Assembly: GCA_964589775.1 (NCBI GenBank)
Contig: CAZPUN010000021.1
Location: forward strand, 146,629 to 178,628
From: an uncultured archaeon
GTDB taxonomy: Archaea > Asgardarchaeota > Thorarchaeia > Thorarchaeales > CAZPUN01
Reading direction: 5' to 3'
Length of the DNA: 32,000 nucleotides
Of the stretch, positions 19,640 to 29,238 are shown piece by piece. The notes beneath the pieces are model-generated. The model was not told where the DNA came from and ran no database searches. It saw only the letters and a program-made list of their open reading frames with translations. The translations under genes and the position numbers were made by a program. Each line of letters starts with the position of its first letter. The first letter of the stretch is position 1.

Positions 19640-20797
19640 ATGTCTAATCGTAGTAATAATGAGGAAATGGTAGTTACGCCTTGGGAAGTTAAAGGCGATA
19701 TTGACTACATGAAATTGATCAAGCAGTTTGGGACTCAATTTATTACTCCCGAGCTTCGAAAGCGTTTGGCTTCGTATTCCAATGGCGAGGAACACATGTT
19801 CTTACGTCGTGGGTTATATTTCTCCCACAGAGACCTTGATTGGATTCTCGATATGTACGATAAAGGAAATAAGTTTGCATTATACACCGGGCGTGGTCCC
19901 AGTGGCAAGACTCACATTGGTCACCTCGTAGCTTGGCATCTTACAAAGTTTCTCCAAGACATATTTGACACAGAATTATATTTTCAAATAACTGATGATG
20001 AGAAATTTCTATTCAAAGAGCATTTGGGATTAGATGAGACAATTCAACTTGGGTATGACAATGCATTAGACGTAATTGCAATTGGCTTTGATCCTAAGAA
20101 GACCTATCTCATCCATGATGTTCGTGATATTGACTTGCTTTATCATACCGCATTACGGGTTGCAAAGAAGGTCACTTATTCCACAGTTCGAGCTGTATTT
20201 GGATTCAGGAATGATAGTAATATTGGTCAGATTTTCTTCCCAGCTATTGAAGCTGTGCCCGCTTTTCTTCCGTCGTTAGTTCATAAGCGTAAGGTTCCTG
20301 TACTGATTCCCAGTGCAATTGACCAAGATCCATTCTGGAGAGTTACTAGAGATATTGCTCACAAGCTTGGATTTTACAAGCCAGCTGCATTGCAAGGTAT
20401 GTTCCTTCCGGGTCTGTTAGAAGGTGGGAAGATGTCCTCATCCATAGAGGACTCTGCAATATTTACCACAGATACTCCGAAGGCAGCAAAGAAAAAGATT
20501 ATGCGAGCGTTTACGGGTGGACGTGTCTCCGTAGCCGAACAGAGAAAGCTCGGTGGTAATCCAGAAATATGCACAGTATTTCAGTATTTCAAATATCTAT
20601 TTGAGCCTGATGATAGAAAATTAGAGCAGATTGCGAACGAATGCCGTTCTGGTGCTCGGTTATGCGGTGAATGCAAGCTTGAGCTTGCTGATAGAGTTGG
20701 TAAATTCTTAATTGAGCATCAAGAGAGACGTGAAAAGGCAAAGGATATAATTGATGAATTTTCCTCGGATAAAATTAGAGAAAAATTAAGGGGATAA
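19640..20797 (+). CDS. trpS: Tryptophan--tRNA ligase
   Basis: VTPW, DYMKLIKQFG, LYTGRGPS..THIGH, AIDQDPF, KMSSS. GAGGTGA RBS. Confidence 0.97.
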   Translation: MSNRSNNEEMVVTPWEVKGDIDYMKLIKQFGTQFITPELRKRLASYSNGEEHMFLRRGLYFSHRDLDWILDMYDKGNKFALYTGRGPSGKTHIGHLVAWHLTKFLQDIFDTELYFQITDDEKFLFKEHLGLDETIQLGYDNALDVIAIGFDPKKTYLIHDVRDIDLLYHTALRVAKKVTYSTVRAVFGFRNDSNIGQIFFPAIEAVPAFLPSLVHKRKVPVLIPSAIDQDPFWRVTRDIAHKLGFYKPAALQGMFLPGLLEGGKMSSSIEDSAIFTTDTPKAAKKKIMRAFTGGRVSVAEQRKLGGNPEICTVFQYFKYLFEPDDRKLEQIANECRSGARLCGECKLELADRVGKFLIEHQERREKAKDIIDEFSSDKIREKLRG

Positions 20798-20819
20798 CAC
20801 CCCTACCTACCTTTATTTT

Positions 20820-21770
20820 TTAAGACGCTGTAGTGATTAGTTTCTTCTCATCTTTTGTAATGCCATATCGTTCGCCTGTCAAAATCAGGCTTGAAATTCG
20901 CGCATTGATCTTACTTTCAAGTTCTTCTAGGCGTTCATTTCTAAGTGCCGGGGGTAGTATCTTTACTTTCTTGAGTGAGGAATTCATTGCTTTGATGAAT
21001 GCTTTTGACTGCAATTTTTTCGGCTTTTTCTTTTTACTTTCTTTCTTTACAACATTAACCAAGAATTTAGTGATTTGTTCCTCTGCATGAGATTTCGCCA
21101 TCAGGTCGATGAAAAATTCAAAATTATTCAGTGCATCTTGTGAATCATTCTGTAAATTCTTTGCAGCTGTTCCAATAATATTACTAATCGTATCTGTGCC
21201 GACTGCAATTATTTCTTCGGGCGTAAATAGACAGATGCTCACATTAATTAATGAGCTTGGGATAAACGCTCTTGCCATAATACTAACGACTTCATCCATG
21301 TTTGTTATATCTAAATCTCTTCTTGCATATTTGTATGCGACATATGATAATGCAGATTCCCACATCCATGAGCTGTCTATTTCGTCCAATGTGTTTTCGA
21401 GTCCAGAATCTTTTTCAGCGTATTTATCAAATAGGCCAAGTTTCATTATTAGAAGTATCTTTTTACCTAATGATTCACGAGTCTGATGTATTTTCGGATT
21501 AAAGTATCTTAATGCAGCTGCAATTGCATAATCTCCTCCCGTGCGCACATCTTCTAGTTCTGTGCGTGAAGTCACTACATCTCTTAGGCTTTCTGCATTT
21601 TTATTGAGGAGTGTTTCAAGTGATTTTACTAATTTTGAAGATAGCTGTGAGATTTTGTCATTTTCCTTTTGGTCATACAAGTCTCTGACAACATTACTTA
21701 TCGTTTCATTTTTAGCTTTTAGAATTTCAAAGAAAGCTTCTTCAAAATTTGATATCTTTGCCTTGCTCAT
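20820..21770 (-). CDS. Hypothetical all-alpha protein
   Basis: 316-aa ORF with AGGAG RBS and a basic patch (KKESKKKKPKK); no recognised motif. Confidence 0.75.
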   Translation of the reverse strand: MSKAKISNFEEAFFEILKAKNETISNVVRDLYDQKENDKISQLSSKLVKSLETLLNKNAESLRDVVTSRTELEDVRTGGDYAIAAALRYFNPKIHQTRESLGKKILLIMKLGLFDKYAEKDSGLENTLDEIDSSWMWESALSYVAYKYARRDLDITNMDEVVSIMARAFIPSSLINVSICLFTPEEIIAVGTDTISNIIGTAAKNLQNDSQDALNNFEFFIDLMAKSHAEEQITKFLVNVVKKESKKKKPKKLQSKAFIKAMNSSLKKVKILPPALRNERLEELESKINARISSLILTGERYGITKDEKKLITTAS

Positions 21771-21854
21771 GGATATTTCTCCTTTTACTCTCTAAATCTA
21801 GTAATATAAATAAAAAACTAATATAAATGAATTCTGGTTACTTGTTTTTGTGCA

Positions 21855-22769
21855 TTAGTTCAAAAATAGTAGAATATTTGAATGCATTGGGACTCCTAAT
21901 ACTGCTGAAATAACTTCGCATTTTGTGCGTAAAATGTAAATTGTAGGTTTTCTAGTTTCTTTCTGAATTGCGGGAAAGGTTTCTAGATTTGCTTGCCCTT
22001 TACTGATAATGATATCCGCATTTTTCACTTCATTTATGAACTCTTTTGATACGTGAGTGATTGGTGTTCCCATAGTGGCAGCCCCTGTAGAAATGACCCG
22101 TGCAATTTTATTTAATCCTACAGATCTTGCATCTTCTAATGTGGCATCATTCATCATTGGACCACTCTTAACTGCTACTGTTACATCAATCCCTTGCTTT
22201 CTGAGAAATTCTATAAGAGGGATATCAAATACTATTTCTCCTGCGTTGTCCATTATGTACAAGAGATGCCTATATTTTTTCAAATTTGTAAGTATTTTAT
22301 CAGAATCATCTATTGTGAATCCTTGGCCCAATACGTCATGAAACACATTTTCTAGTTCTTCGAACTTAAAAACAAAACCACCCGTGGCAAAATCGATCAA
22401 ATTTCCTGTAATCGCTAAGGCGACATAGCATTCAAATCTTGCTTTGATATCTGATTGGTTGCATTCATTTTTCATTTTTGAGATAAGTTCCAAAGCTATT
22501 CTGTTTGACTTTTCTTTCAATTCCTTATAAGGGTCAATGTTTCCAGTTCTATCGCGAATATACTCTAATAGTTTAACAGAAATGGGTGCAGGTTCTATTC
22601 TATGTTCAAATCCTTGTGCAACTTCTTTAAGACAATATGATACGAGCTCAAATCGGAGTTCCGGATCTGTAGTTGAGTTATTAATTGCGTTAGTAAGTGC
22701 CTGCATTAAACATGTCGCACATTGTGGTTTTAATCGTACACGAATATCATCTATCGTAAGATTCTTCAT
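21855..22769 (-). CDS. DUF89/ARMT1-like damage-control phosphatase
   Basis: N-terminal CxxC, DPYKELK, GNLIDF, DNAGEIVFD, NDAT and ISKGQANLE. Confidence 0.92.
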   Translation of the reverse strand: MKNLTIDDIRVRLKPQCATCLMQALTNAINNSTTDPELRFELVSYCLKEVAQGFEHRIEPAPISVKLLEYIRDRTGNIDPYKELKEKSNRIALELISKMKNECNQSDIKARFECYVALAITGNLIDFATGGFVFKFEELENVFHDVLGQGFTIDDSDKILTNLKKYRHLLYIMDNAGEIVFDIPLIEFLRKQGIDVTVAVKSGPMMNDATLEDARSVGLNKIARVISTGAATMGTPITHVSKEFINEVKNADIIISKGQANLETFPAIQKETRKPTIYILRTKCEVISAVLGVPMHSNILLFLN

Positions 22770-22854
22770 GCATAGTACCCCATAGAATTCTAATGTACGC
22801 CATTTTGGATTATATATACTTTTAAAATTGTTCTTGAAGTATGCTTTTGCGATT

Positions 22855-23619
22855 CTATTTATTATTTAGCAATTTTTGCTCTACCATTGGAAAATCTTCA
22901 ATGACTCGCTCATCAATTGTATAGTAGTATTCCATTGTTATTGCTGCATCGTGATAGAAATTCTCAGGCTTAAGAATGACATTAAAATCAATATTTCCGA
23001 TATCAAATAATGGCATATGTTGTGCTTGTTCTATCCAATTTCCGAGATGATATATGCGAATTAGCTCCTTGTATTTTAGCATCATTGACAATACATCGTC
23101 TGTCTTTTTAAAAGTGTGGGAAGTATCAAAGCAAATTCCATGATGTTCTGTATTTTCTAATTCAAATTGCACAAAATGGGCAATTTCACCTACTGAATTA
23201 ACAATTCTTCTTTTGCCCGGAAAATTTTCCCATGCAATTAATATGTCATTATCTTCAAGAAATGGTGTAACCCGTTCCTTTATGAAGTCGATTGCTTTTT
23301 GCCTCTTGTTTACTGTTGATGGATGTATCACTATATAGCGACAATTATATTCGTGACATAAATCTGCACAAATTTCAAGTCCTTTCATAAATTCATCCAT
23401 TTTTCTTAGTTGTAAAGCTGGACCATGAATCGAATTTACAATTAGTTCTTTCTCTTGGATCTTTTGTTTTAATACGCTCATATCTGTATTGAAAAATTCG
23501 TCTCTTTTATGAAATGCTAATTCTATTTTCTTTACCTTTTCCAGAATTGTATCTTTTGCACCTGTAAGTATATTATTAGAGTCCATTCGAATCGATACTT
23601 TCAAGTAATTCACATCCAC
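22855..23619 (-). CDS. Sugar-phosphate isomerase/AP-endonuclease-2 family TIM barrel
   Basis: SIHGP, IVIHP, IAWEN, ICFDTSH, H..GN...QHMP..GNIDF and ITME. The start may be ATG 23586. Confidence 0.8.
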   Translation of the reverse strand: MDVNYLKVSIRMDSNNILTGAKDTILEKVKKIELAFHKRDEFFNTDMSVLKQKIQEKELIVNSIHGPALQLRKMDEFMKGLEICADLCHEYNCRYIVIHPSTVNKRQKAIDFIKERVTPFLEDNDILIAWENFPGKRRIVNSVGEIAHFVQFELENTEHHGICFDTSHTFKKTDDVLSMMLKYKELIRIYHLGNWIEQAQHMPLFDIGNIDFNVILKPENFYHDAAITMEYYYTIDERVIEDFPMVEQKLLNNK

Positions 23620-23788
23620 ATTACGTAGAGTACAATCAAAAATATATATCTAATATTACATGAATTTTATATAAATTTAATTTAGCACGTCTTTTATTTA
23701 TTAAATTAAAATGATTAAACAATAAGTCGCATTCATATCTTTTCGCATCCATTTTTATGTGCATGATCGAGATATTGTCCTCAACAAT

Positions 23789-25021
23789 TCAAATAAAGTC
23801 CAATAATGTTGTTTGTGTTAAAATTCCTTTCAATACATCGGATTTTGAAATCCATTCTTCTTTTGGAATTCTCAGTCTCCTTGTCATTTGTTCGATGGCT
23901 TCGTGTGCCGTGTTAAAGCGTTCTGGTGGTTTTGCCATTGCCCGCCTGATCGTTTCTCTTACTTCCCATACACCTACTGGAAGATAATATTCATCACTAA
24001 TTTCTCGTAGTATGACCGCTGTAGCAATCCGCCCTCTTTTGTATAATGCCTCTAGAACAGCCAGTCGCCCGGCATAATATCCTCCTGCCTCTTTAACGGC
24101 ATAATTGCTGCGACCACGTGCGCCCTCATTTTCAGCAACAATTACTGGCTTTTTCGCCATTGCGGTCCAGAGTCCGCCGGGCATCCATGCCTCAAGTTGT
24201 TCAAATGTCCAAGCGCCCGGTGCAAGTAGTATTTCGTAATGATTTCCAATATATTCCTCATGATATACTTCATAATCATTTATTGAAGATTTGTCCGCTA
24301 GCAATTTCATTAGTTTCTTTCCTATAATATCGTCAATTGCAGTTATTGACCATCGAGTCGGTACTAGCTTCTTATTCTTAAGACCCAATACACCTGCAGA
24401 AAACACTCTTGTTAGGTAATACACATCAAATCCATGCTTGTACAATTCCCAGACAGCTGTAGTAGCGCGTGTATCTCCCTCTGAAAGCATATCTACAGTT
24501 CTCGGAATCTTCGGATTACTCCCAAGTTTCACTTGGACAACTTCACCACTCGGTCCCATTGGTTGTGTAACTGCACTGTAAAAAATCGATACTTTCGGCG
24601 GCTTGCTCAATTCCAGCTCCGTATCCACTGAACGTACAGAAAGTGCAATATCCACAGATCGACTCCATACCTTATTTGAACTAGGATTCTTCACTCGTAC
24701 TTTTGTCATGCCTCGTACCATAACTGAACGTAACCTGATTATTTCATCAATTGGTTTTCCATACCATTCTGCAGGATTATCATACAATGGTGGATTGTCT
24801 ACATCCGCTGCAATTGTCATTGGTCCTGCAAAAACTGCTGGGTATCCTGTCCTACCTACAAATACCGATGGTGGCGATGGTCCGTATATGTCTCTATCCA
24901 TGTCTACTAAAATCGGCTGAAGTGCATTTAGCTTCTCCAGAATCGGACACTTTGGCCTACCACATAGATTCCTGCTCATCTTACAAACTATGCATAGTTC
25001 CGGAGTTATCGGAATGTTCAT
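23789..25021 (-). CDS. nreA: Archaeal DNA repair protein NreA with C-terminal PIP box
   Basis: CxxCK..R.LCG...CP, GPSPPSVFVGR.GYP, LVPTRWSITAIDD, GGYYA, PVGVW.VRE and terminal QTTLLDFI. Start at ATG 25021 behind GAGGTG. Confidence 0.93.
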   Translation of the reverse strand: MNIPITPELCIVCKMSRNLCGRPKCPILEKLNALQPILVDMDRDIYGPSPPSVFVGRTGYPAVFAGPMTIAADVDNPPLYDNPAEWYGKPIDEIIRLRSVMVRGMTKVRVKNPSSNKVWSRSVDIALSVRSVDTELELSKPPKVSIFYSAVTQPMGPSGEVVQVKLGSNPKIPRTVDMLSEGDTRATTAVWELYKHGFDVYYLTRVFSAGVLGLKNKKLVPTRWSITAIDDIIGKKLMKLLADKSSINDYEVYHEEYIGNHYEILLAPGAWTFEQLEAWMPGGLWTAMAKKPVIVAENEGARGRSNYAVKEAGGYYAGRLAVLEALYKRGRIATAVILREISDEYYLPVGVWEVRETIRRAMAKPPERFNTAHEAIEQMTRRLRIPKEEWISKSDVLKGILTQTTLLDFI

Positions 25022-25167
25022 CGTTCGCACTTCCACCTCTATTATGTGAATATACACTTAGCAATTTATGTCTTTGTTTAAATTTTTATTTAACTATATA
25101 TAAAAAAGTTTATATTGATTTATGTATTTATTATATCATGTAATCAAATATTTTGCGGGTGAAACCT

Positions 25168-26205
25168 ATGCAAATTGAACAGGTTGTTTGTAAGGATCTT
25201 GTCAAGGTATACAAGAAGAAGAAGCGACTTAGTTTACTTCCCCCTAGATCAGAAGTAACGGAGATTCATGCATTAGATGGATTAAGCTTTACAATCTATG
25301 AAGGCGAAATTTTTGGTTTATTGGGGCCTAACGGTGCGGGTAAGACGACCACGATTCAGATTATAGCGGGTCTTTTACTTCCAGATAGTGGAGAGGTTGA
25401 AGTTGCTGGAGTAGATGCAATTAGAAATCCTAATTTAGTTAAGCGGATTGTTGGTGTGGTTTCTGGGGGTAATCCGCGACAATTATACAATAAGCTTACG
25501 GCCTATGAGAATTTAGAATATTTTGGAAGGCTTTATGGTATTCCAGATAAGGAATTAAAGTCACGAATTCTAGAGCTGCTTGAGTTAGTTAAGTTAGCTG
25601 ACCGTTCAGATGAAGAAATTGAGAAGTTTAGTGCCGGTATGAAGCAGCGATTGTTAATTGCCAGAGGATTGCTTCATGATCCCGACGTACTTTTATTAGA
25701 CGAGCCCACAGTTGGTCTTGATCCTAAGTCTTCTCGGGATTTGCGAAAACTTATTCGCGATGAGATTGGGAAGAGGGAAGGTAAGGCAATTCTGCTTACA
25801 ACGCATGAAATGAATGTTGCTGAAGAGCTTTCTGATAGGATTGCAATTATCAACAGGGGTCGTCTGGTTGCATTAGATACGCCGTCTGGTCTCAAACAGA
25901 ATTTTAAGCTTGGTAGATTGATTGAAATAATTGTTGAGACTGATGATGGTATTCCAGTATCTCAGATGCAAAATATTAGCGGTGTTCGTTCGATTTCGGT
26001 TACAAGCATTGAGAATAGCATCAATCGCAAACGGGTTTTAATTGAGACCCTTAATGGCGACAATATTATTCCAGATTTAGTGGACCTATTAATTCGTCAA
26101 TATAACTATAAGATAATGAATCTGACTCAGAAAGAACCTAGTTTGGAAGATATTTTTATTATGGCGACATCTGAAACTGAGGAGGTCATGGCAATTGCTA
26201 AGTAA
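25168..26205 (+). CDS. ABC-2 (DrrA-like) exporter ATP-binding subunit
   Basis: GPNGAGKTT, FSAGMKQR, LLLDEPT and TTH. ATG at 25168 follows GGGTGA. Confidence 0.93.
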   Translation: MQIEQVVCKDLVKVYKKKKRLSLLPPRSEVTEIHALDGLSFTIYEGEIFGLLGPNGAGKTTTIQIIAGLLLPDSGEVEVAGVDAIRNPNLVKRIVGVVSGGNPRQLYNKLTAYENLEYFGRLYGIPDKELKSRILELLELVKLADRSDEEIEKFSAGMKQRLLIARGLLHDPDVLLLDEPTVGLDPKSSRDLRKLIRDEIGKREGKAILLTTHEMNVAEELSDRIAIINRGRLVALDTPSGLKQNFKLGRLIEIIVETDDGIPVSQMQNISGVRSISVTSIENSINRKRVLIETLNGDNIIPDLVDLLIRQYNYKIMNLTQKEPSLEDIFIMATSETEEVMAIAK

Positions 26206-27019
26206 GAATGTTGGTCCGGTTCATTGGTGGCAGATTACTAAGGGCACATTCAAGAAGGAAATGTTGTTCTTCTACAGATACAAAGGTTGGTTGATTTCCA
26301 GTATTATACAGCCAATAATTTGGATATTGCTGTTCGGTTATCTTGGCAAAGGATTTGGAATCAAGGAAACAAGTGCGGGCGTTGATTTTACATCTTATAT
26401 GATCCTTGGTGTTGTGAGCTTAATGTTGATCAGTCAGACCATGTGGGGTTCTGGGAATGCTCTACGAACCGAGCAGTATCGCGGCACTCTCGAATCTATT
26501 ATGACTGCTCCTTCAAATATAATCTCTATCCTCATTGGTTTCTCATTCGTTGATCTTGTACAGTCCGCATACATGATGGGGGTATCTGTATCATTTGGTT
26601 TGCTTATATTTGGTTTTGTGGGCAATCTTGTAGATTTTGTCGCGCTTATTGTTGTCATGGGCATGATCATTTTCAGTCTGTTCGGTTTTGGTCTCTTATT
26701 CGCTGGAATTACTTTAATGATCAAGCAATCCGGAGCGCTCATAAATCTGATACAGCCCATAATTTTCCTTCTGAGTGGGATGTTCTTTCCAGTATCTGCA
26801 CTACCTGAACCGGTTCGTACAATTGGTTTATCCTTGCCAATCACACAAGGATTAATGGCATTACAGGACGTTGTTCTTCGTGGTGCAACTCTGACTGATG
26901 TCGGGTTCCAGATATTCTATCTATTTGCGAGTGGTGTTGTGCTCGGACTGTTTGGATATTATGTATTACGAAGGCTCATGCAAAAAGCAAGGAAGCTTGG
27001 TCTCTATGGAACATTCTAG
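26195..27019 (+). CDS. ABC-2 type permease
   Basis: Six TM segments, E...GTLE.I..AP and LSGMFFPV..LP motifs; overlaps the end of the ATPase gene. Confidence 0.92.
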   Translation: MLSKNVGPVHWWQITKGTFKKEMLFFYRYKGWLISSIIQPIIWILLFGYLGKGFGIKETSAGVDFTSYMILGVVSLMLISQTMWGSGNALRTEQYRGTLESIMTAPSNIISILIGFSFVDLVQSAYMMGVSVSFGLLIFGFVGNLVDFVALIVVMGMIIFSLFGFGLLFAGITLMIKQSGALINLIQPIIFLLSGMFFPVSALPEPVRTIGLSLPITQGLMALQDVVLRGATLTDVGFQIFYLFASGVVLGLFGYYVLRRLMQKARKLGLYGTF

Positions 27020-27052
27020 TTAAAATATTTAAAGAGGTATGATATAGAGTAA

Positions 27053-27424
27053 TTGAAATTTATGGAGCTGCAAATCATGAGGATAGAGTTCAAGTCGCTC
27101 AAGGAACTTGCGGACACACTAAAAGTTCTCTCAAATGTGAAACGTCTTGCGTTATTGGCATCGCTAGCTGAAGGACGTAAGTTTCCCAAGGAACTGAGCG
27201 AAGAGCTTAACATGGCATATCCTATCGTGCATTTGCAGCTCAAAAATCTTGAAAAACGTGGTTTGGTTAAGTCCAATTATGAGGTTGGGACTGATAAATC
27301 TAGCCCTTATGTTAAGCGTTATTTTGAGTTAATCGATTTTGAAATTGTTGTAACCCCGGAACTTATCAAAGAACTTGCTAAGGTTACGGATAATAATGAA
27401 AGTAATAATGAAGAGGAGGATTAA
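27053..27424 (+). CDS. ArsR-family winged HTH regulator
   Basis: LKVLSNVKRLALLASL....ELSEEL.MAYP.VHLQLK.LEK.GLV...KRYF. Start uncertain. Confidence 0.85.
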   Translation: MKFMELQIMRIEFKSLKELADTLKVLSNVKRLALLASLAEGRKFPKELSEELNMAYPIVHLQLKNLEKRGLVKSNYEVGTDKSSPYVKRYFELIDFEIVVTPELIKELAKVTDNNESNNEEED

Positions 27425-27426
27425 AT

Positions 27427-27744
27427 ATGTCTGGACGTATAGCTGCTATGGCTGCTAGTGCGATTGCAATTGGCTTAGGCGTTCCTGCCCTACTTATATA
27501 TGCTGCTGCCGTATATCATCTCGATCTTATCTTTACGGGTATCATGATATTTCTTGCCTTGCTCGGTGCTGTTGGTGCACCTGCAGTGATTGGTGCTTTG
27601 TCTTATCAAGAAATGGATGATTCAAGCTATTTGCGAAGGCAAAACTCTATTTTGCGCTCGGGACTTGCCGAAGCCTTAAAGCAAATCGATGAATTAAATG
27701 ATAATCTTGAGAAATTGCTTGATATACTAAAGGCGGAGGTATAA
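27427..27744 (+). CDS. Small 2-TM protein with C-terminal coiled coil
   Basis: Two hydrophobic helices, then heptads (LAEALKQIDELNDNLEKLLDIL). GGAGG RBS. Confidence 0.8.
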   Translation: MSGRIAAMAASAIAIGLGVPALLIYAAAVYHLDLIFTGIMIFLALLGAVGAPAVIGALSYQEMDDSSYLRRQNSILRSGLAEALKQIDELNDNLEKLLDILKAEV

Positions 27745-27749
27745 TCCGT

Positions 27750-27890
27750 ATGGCATCCAATTATCCAGAAAATAAATATGAGCGTATGTCGATTGAACAG
27801 ATCGTGAGCGAGCTTAAGATAAAGTTACAACGCAGTAATGATCTCATGAAAGAAATCATTAAGACCTTTACAGAAATTAGAGGCGATTGA
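27750..27890 (+). CDS. 46-aa coiled-coil microprotein (not in the ORF track)
   Basis: MASNYPENKYERMSIEQIVSELKIKLQRSNDLMKEIIKTFTEIRGD*. GGAGGT RBS at 27735-27740, 5 nt after the upstream stop, with a T-tract following. Confidence 0.7.
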   Translation: MASNYPENKYERMSIEQIVSELKIKLQRSNDLMKEIIKTFTEIRGD

Positions 27891-27973
27891 TTTCTCATTT
27901 TTTCATATTTGATGATGTGTGCCTTCGCATTTTTTATCTATTTAAATAGCATCCCTTAAATTTAGTTCTATTT

Positions 27974-28167
27974 CTAACATACTCCCCGCATTGAGATGCG
28001 AGGGTTCTGCGTATAGGCTATCCAGCGGTAGCCATTTCGCGCTTATACTCGCCGTGTTCCGACGAGGAATCTTTGATTATCGCTCCAGCTCTTTAGTATG
28101 TTTAGTTCCATTAAGATTCGGATAATCTTCACTGTTTTGAAAAACGATGCTTTCTCGCAGAGTGTTT
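27974..28167 (-). mobile_element. Non-autonomous IS200/IS605-family mini-element (PATE-like), copy A, 194 bp
   Basis: Minus strand: TTAC|AAACACTCTGCGAG-AAAG-hairpin left end. Right end is GAAC-CCTCGCAT/ATGCGGGG-AGTATG-TTAG. Homologous to 29239-29510; no ORF. Confidence 0.85.
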
Positions 28168-28236
28168 GTAAAAGTTCTCAGTTATTCTAAAAAAAGTTGA
28201 AAGTTCTGAAATTTTACTTTATTTAACTGGCACTAA

Positions 28237-28270
28237 GAATGTCACCTTTTTAGATGCGGGAGAGTGTCAA
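28237..28270 (+). mobile_element. Orphan, degenerate IS200/IS605 right end
   Basis: GAAT...GCGGGAGAGTG-TCAA, 34 nt, with the same guide-to-cleavage spacing as copy B; the hairpin is decayed. Confidence 0.55.
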
Positions 28271-29025
28271 ACTGCTTTTGCAATTATTATTACTTGTGGT
28301 GAATTTTCTTGGTCAAAAGGATTTTCCTTAAAGTCACCATAAGCTTTTTCGATTCGGAATCCGACGCGTTCGAGAATGTCTTTTAGTTCATCATAGTATA
28401 TTGGTGTTAGTCTCGATATGTGTGTTTTCATTTCCCAAAATCCACTATTGTTAACAAGTTTGATTAAGTGTATTTCCGTCTCGTCATTTGATGATATGAA
28501 GAAGCGAACGAAAACGATCTCCCCATTCTCAGTAGTACGCGTAATTAATGGTAGATATCTTACTCTTTCTTTGCGTACCCACTTGAAATTTCGTAGATGT
28601 ATTATGATAATTCCATCTTTCTTAATATTACTTCTTAGCTCTCTGAGACAATCTGGTATTTCGTCTTTGTGATGGAGTGCAAGACTGTCTCCAAGACAAA
28701 TGGCTGCATCATATTCGCCCTTAATACTTTGGCTGATATCCTGACATTTAGAAACTGAAAACATAATTGTCAAATTTTCATTTCGTGCGAGATTCTTGGC
28801 TTTTTCAATCATAAAAGGATCTTCATCAATTCCACGAACCATATACCCTTTCTTCGCAAGTTCTACAATGTGTCTTCCAGTTCCGCAAGATGTATCTAAG
28901 ACCGTCTGCACATTATATTCCTTGAATACTTTTTCCAAAAATGGAATCTCTCTTTCTAATCGGCTTTTCCACGGTATTAATTGATCATAATCTTCTGGAT
29001 GTACCTGTGATTGCATTTTGGGCAC
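28267..29025 (-). CDS. Class I SAM-dependent methyltransferase (glycine/sarcosine N-methyltransferase-like fold)
   Basis: VLDTSCGTGRH, GID...MI..A, YDAAICLGDSL, and C-terminal GF....YGDF...PF. GGAG RBS. Confidence 0.88.
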   Translation of the reverse strand: MPKMQSQVHPEDYDQLIPWKSRLEREIPFLEKVFKEYNVQTVLDTSCGTGRHIVELAKKGYMVRGIDEDPFMIEKAKNLARNENLTIMFSVSKCQDISQSIKGEYDAAICLGDSLALHHKDEIPDCLRELRSNIKKDGIIIIHLRNFKWVRKERVRYLPLITRTTENGEIVFVRFFISSNDETEIHLIKLVNNSGFWEMKTHISRLTPIYYDELKDILERVGFRIEKAYGDFKENPFDQENSPQVIIIAKAV

Positions 29026-29238
29026 TCCTACTCGCGCTTGTGTATCATGCCCCTTATTTTGTGTACTTAAAATAATTTTGCATTATGCATTGAAAAGTGA
29101 TTCTTTATAATTGCATAAAAAAGTTTTATTTCACAGCTGCTATGGTCATTTTTGTCGATGAAAGAACAATTTTATTTTACTTAGAAAATACTTTTATCTC
29201 ATGGCGTACATATTATGTAGTATGAATTTATTTTTTAC

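Noticed and set aside
27961-28112. Self-match of copy A's flank (TTTAGTTCTATT) to an internal sequence (TTTAGTTCCATT)
   Set aside because: An 11/12 match in AT-rich DNA with no adjacent TTAC motif is likely chance.
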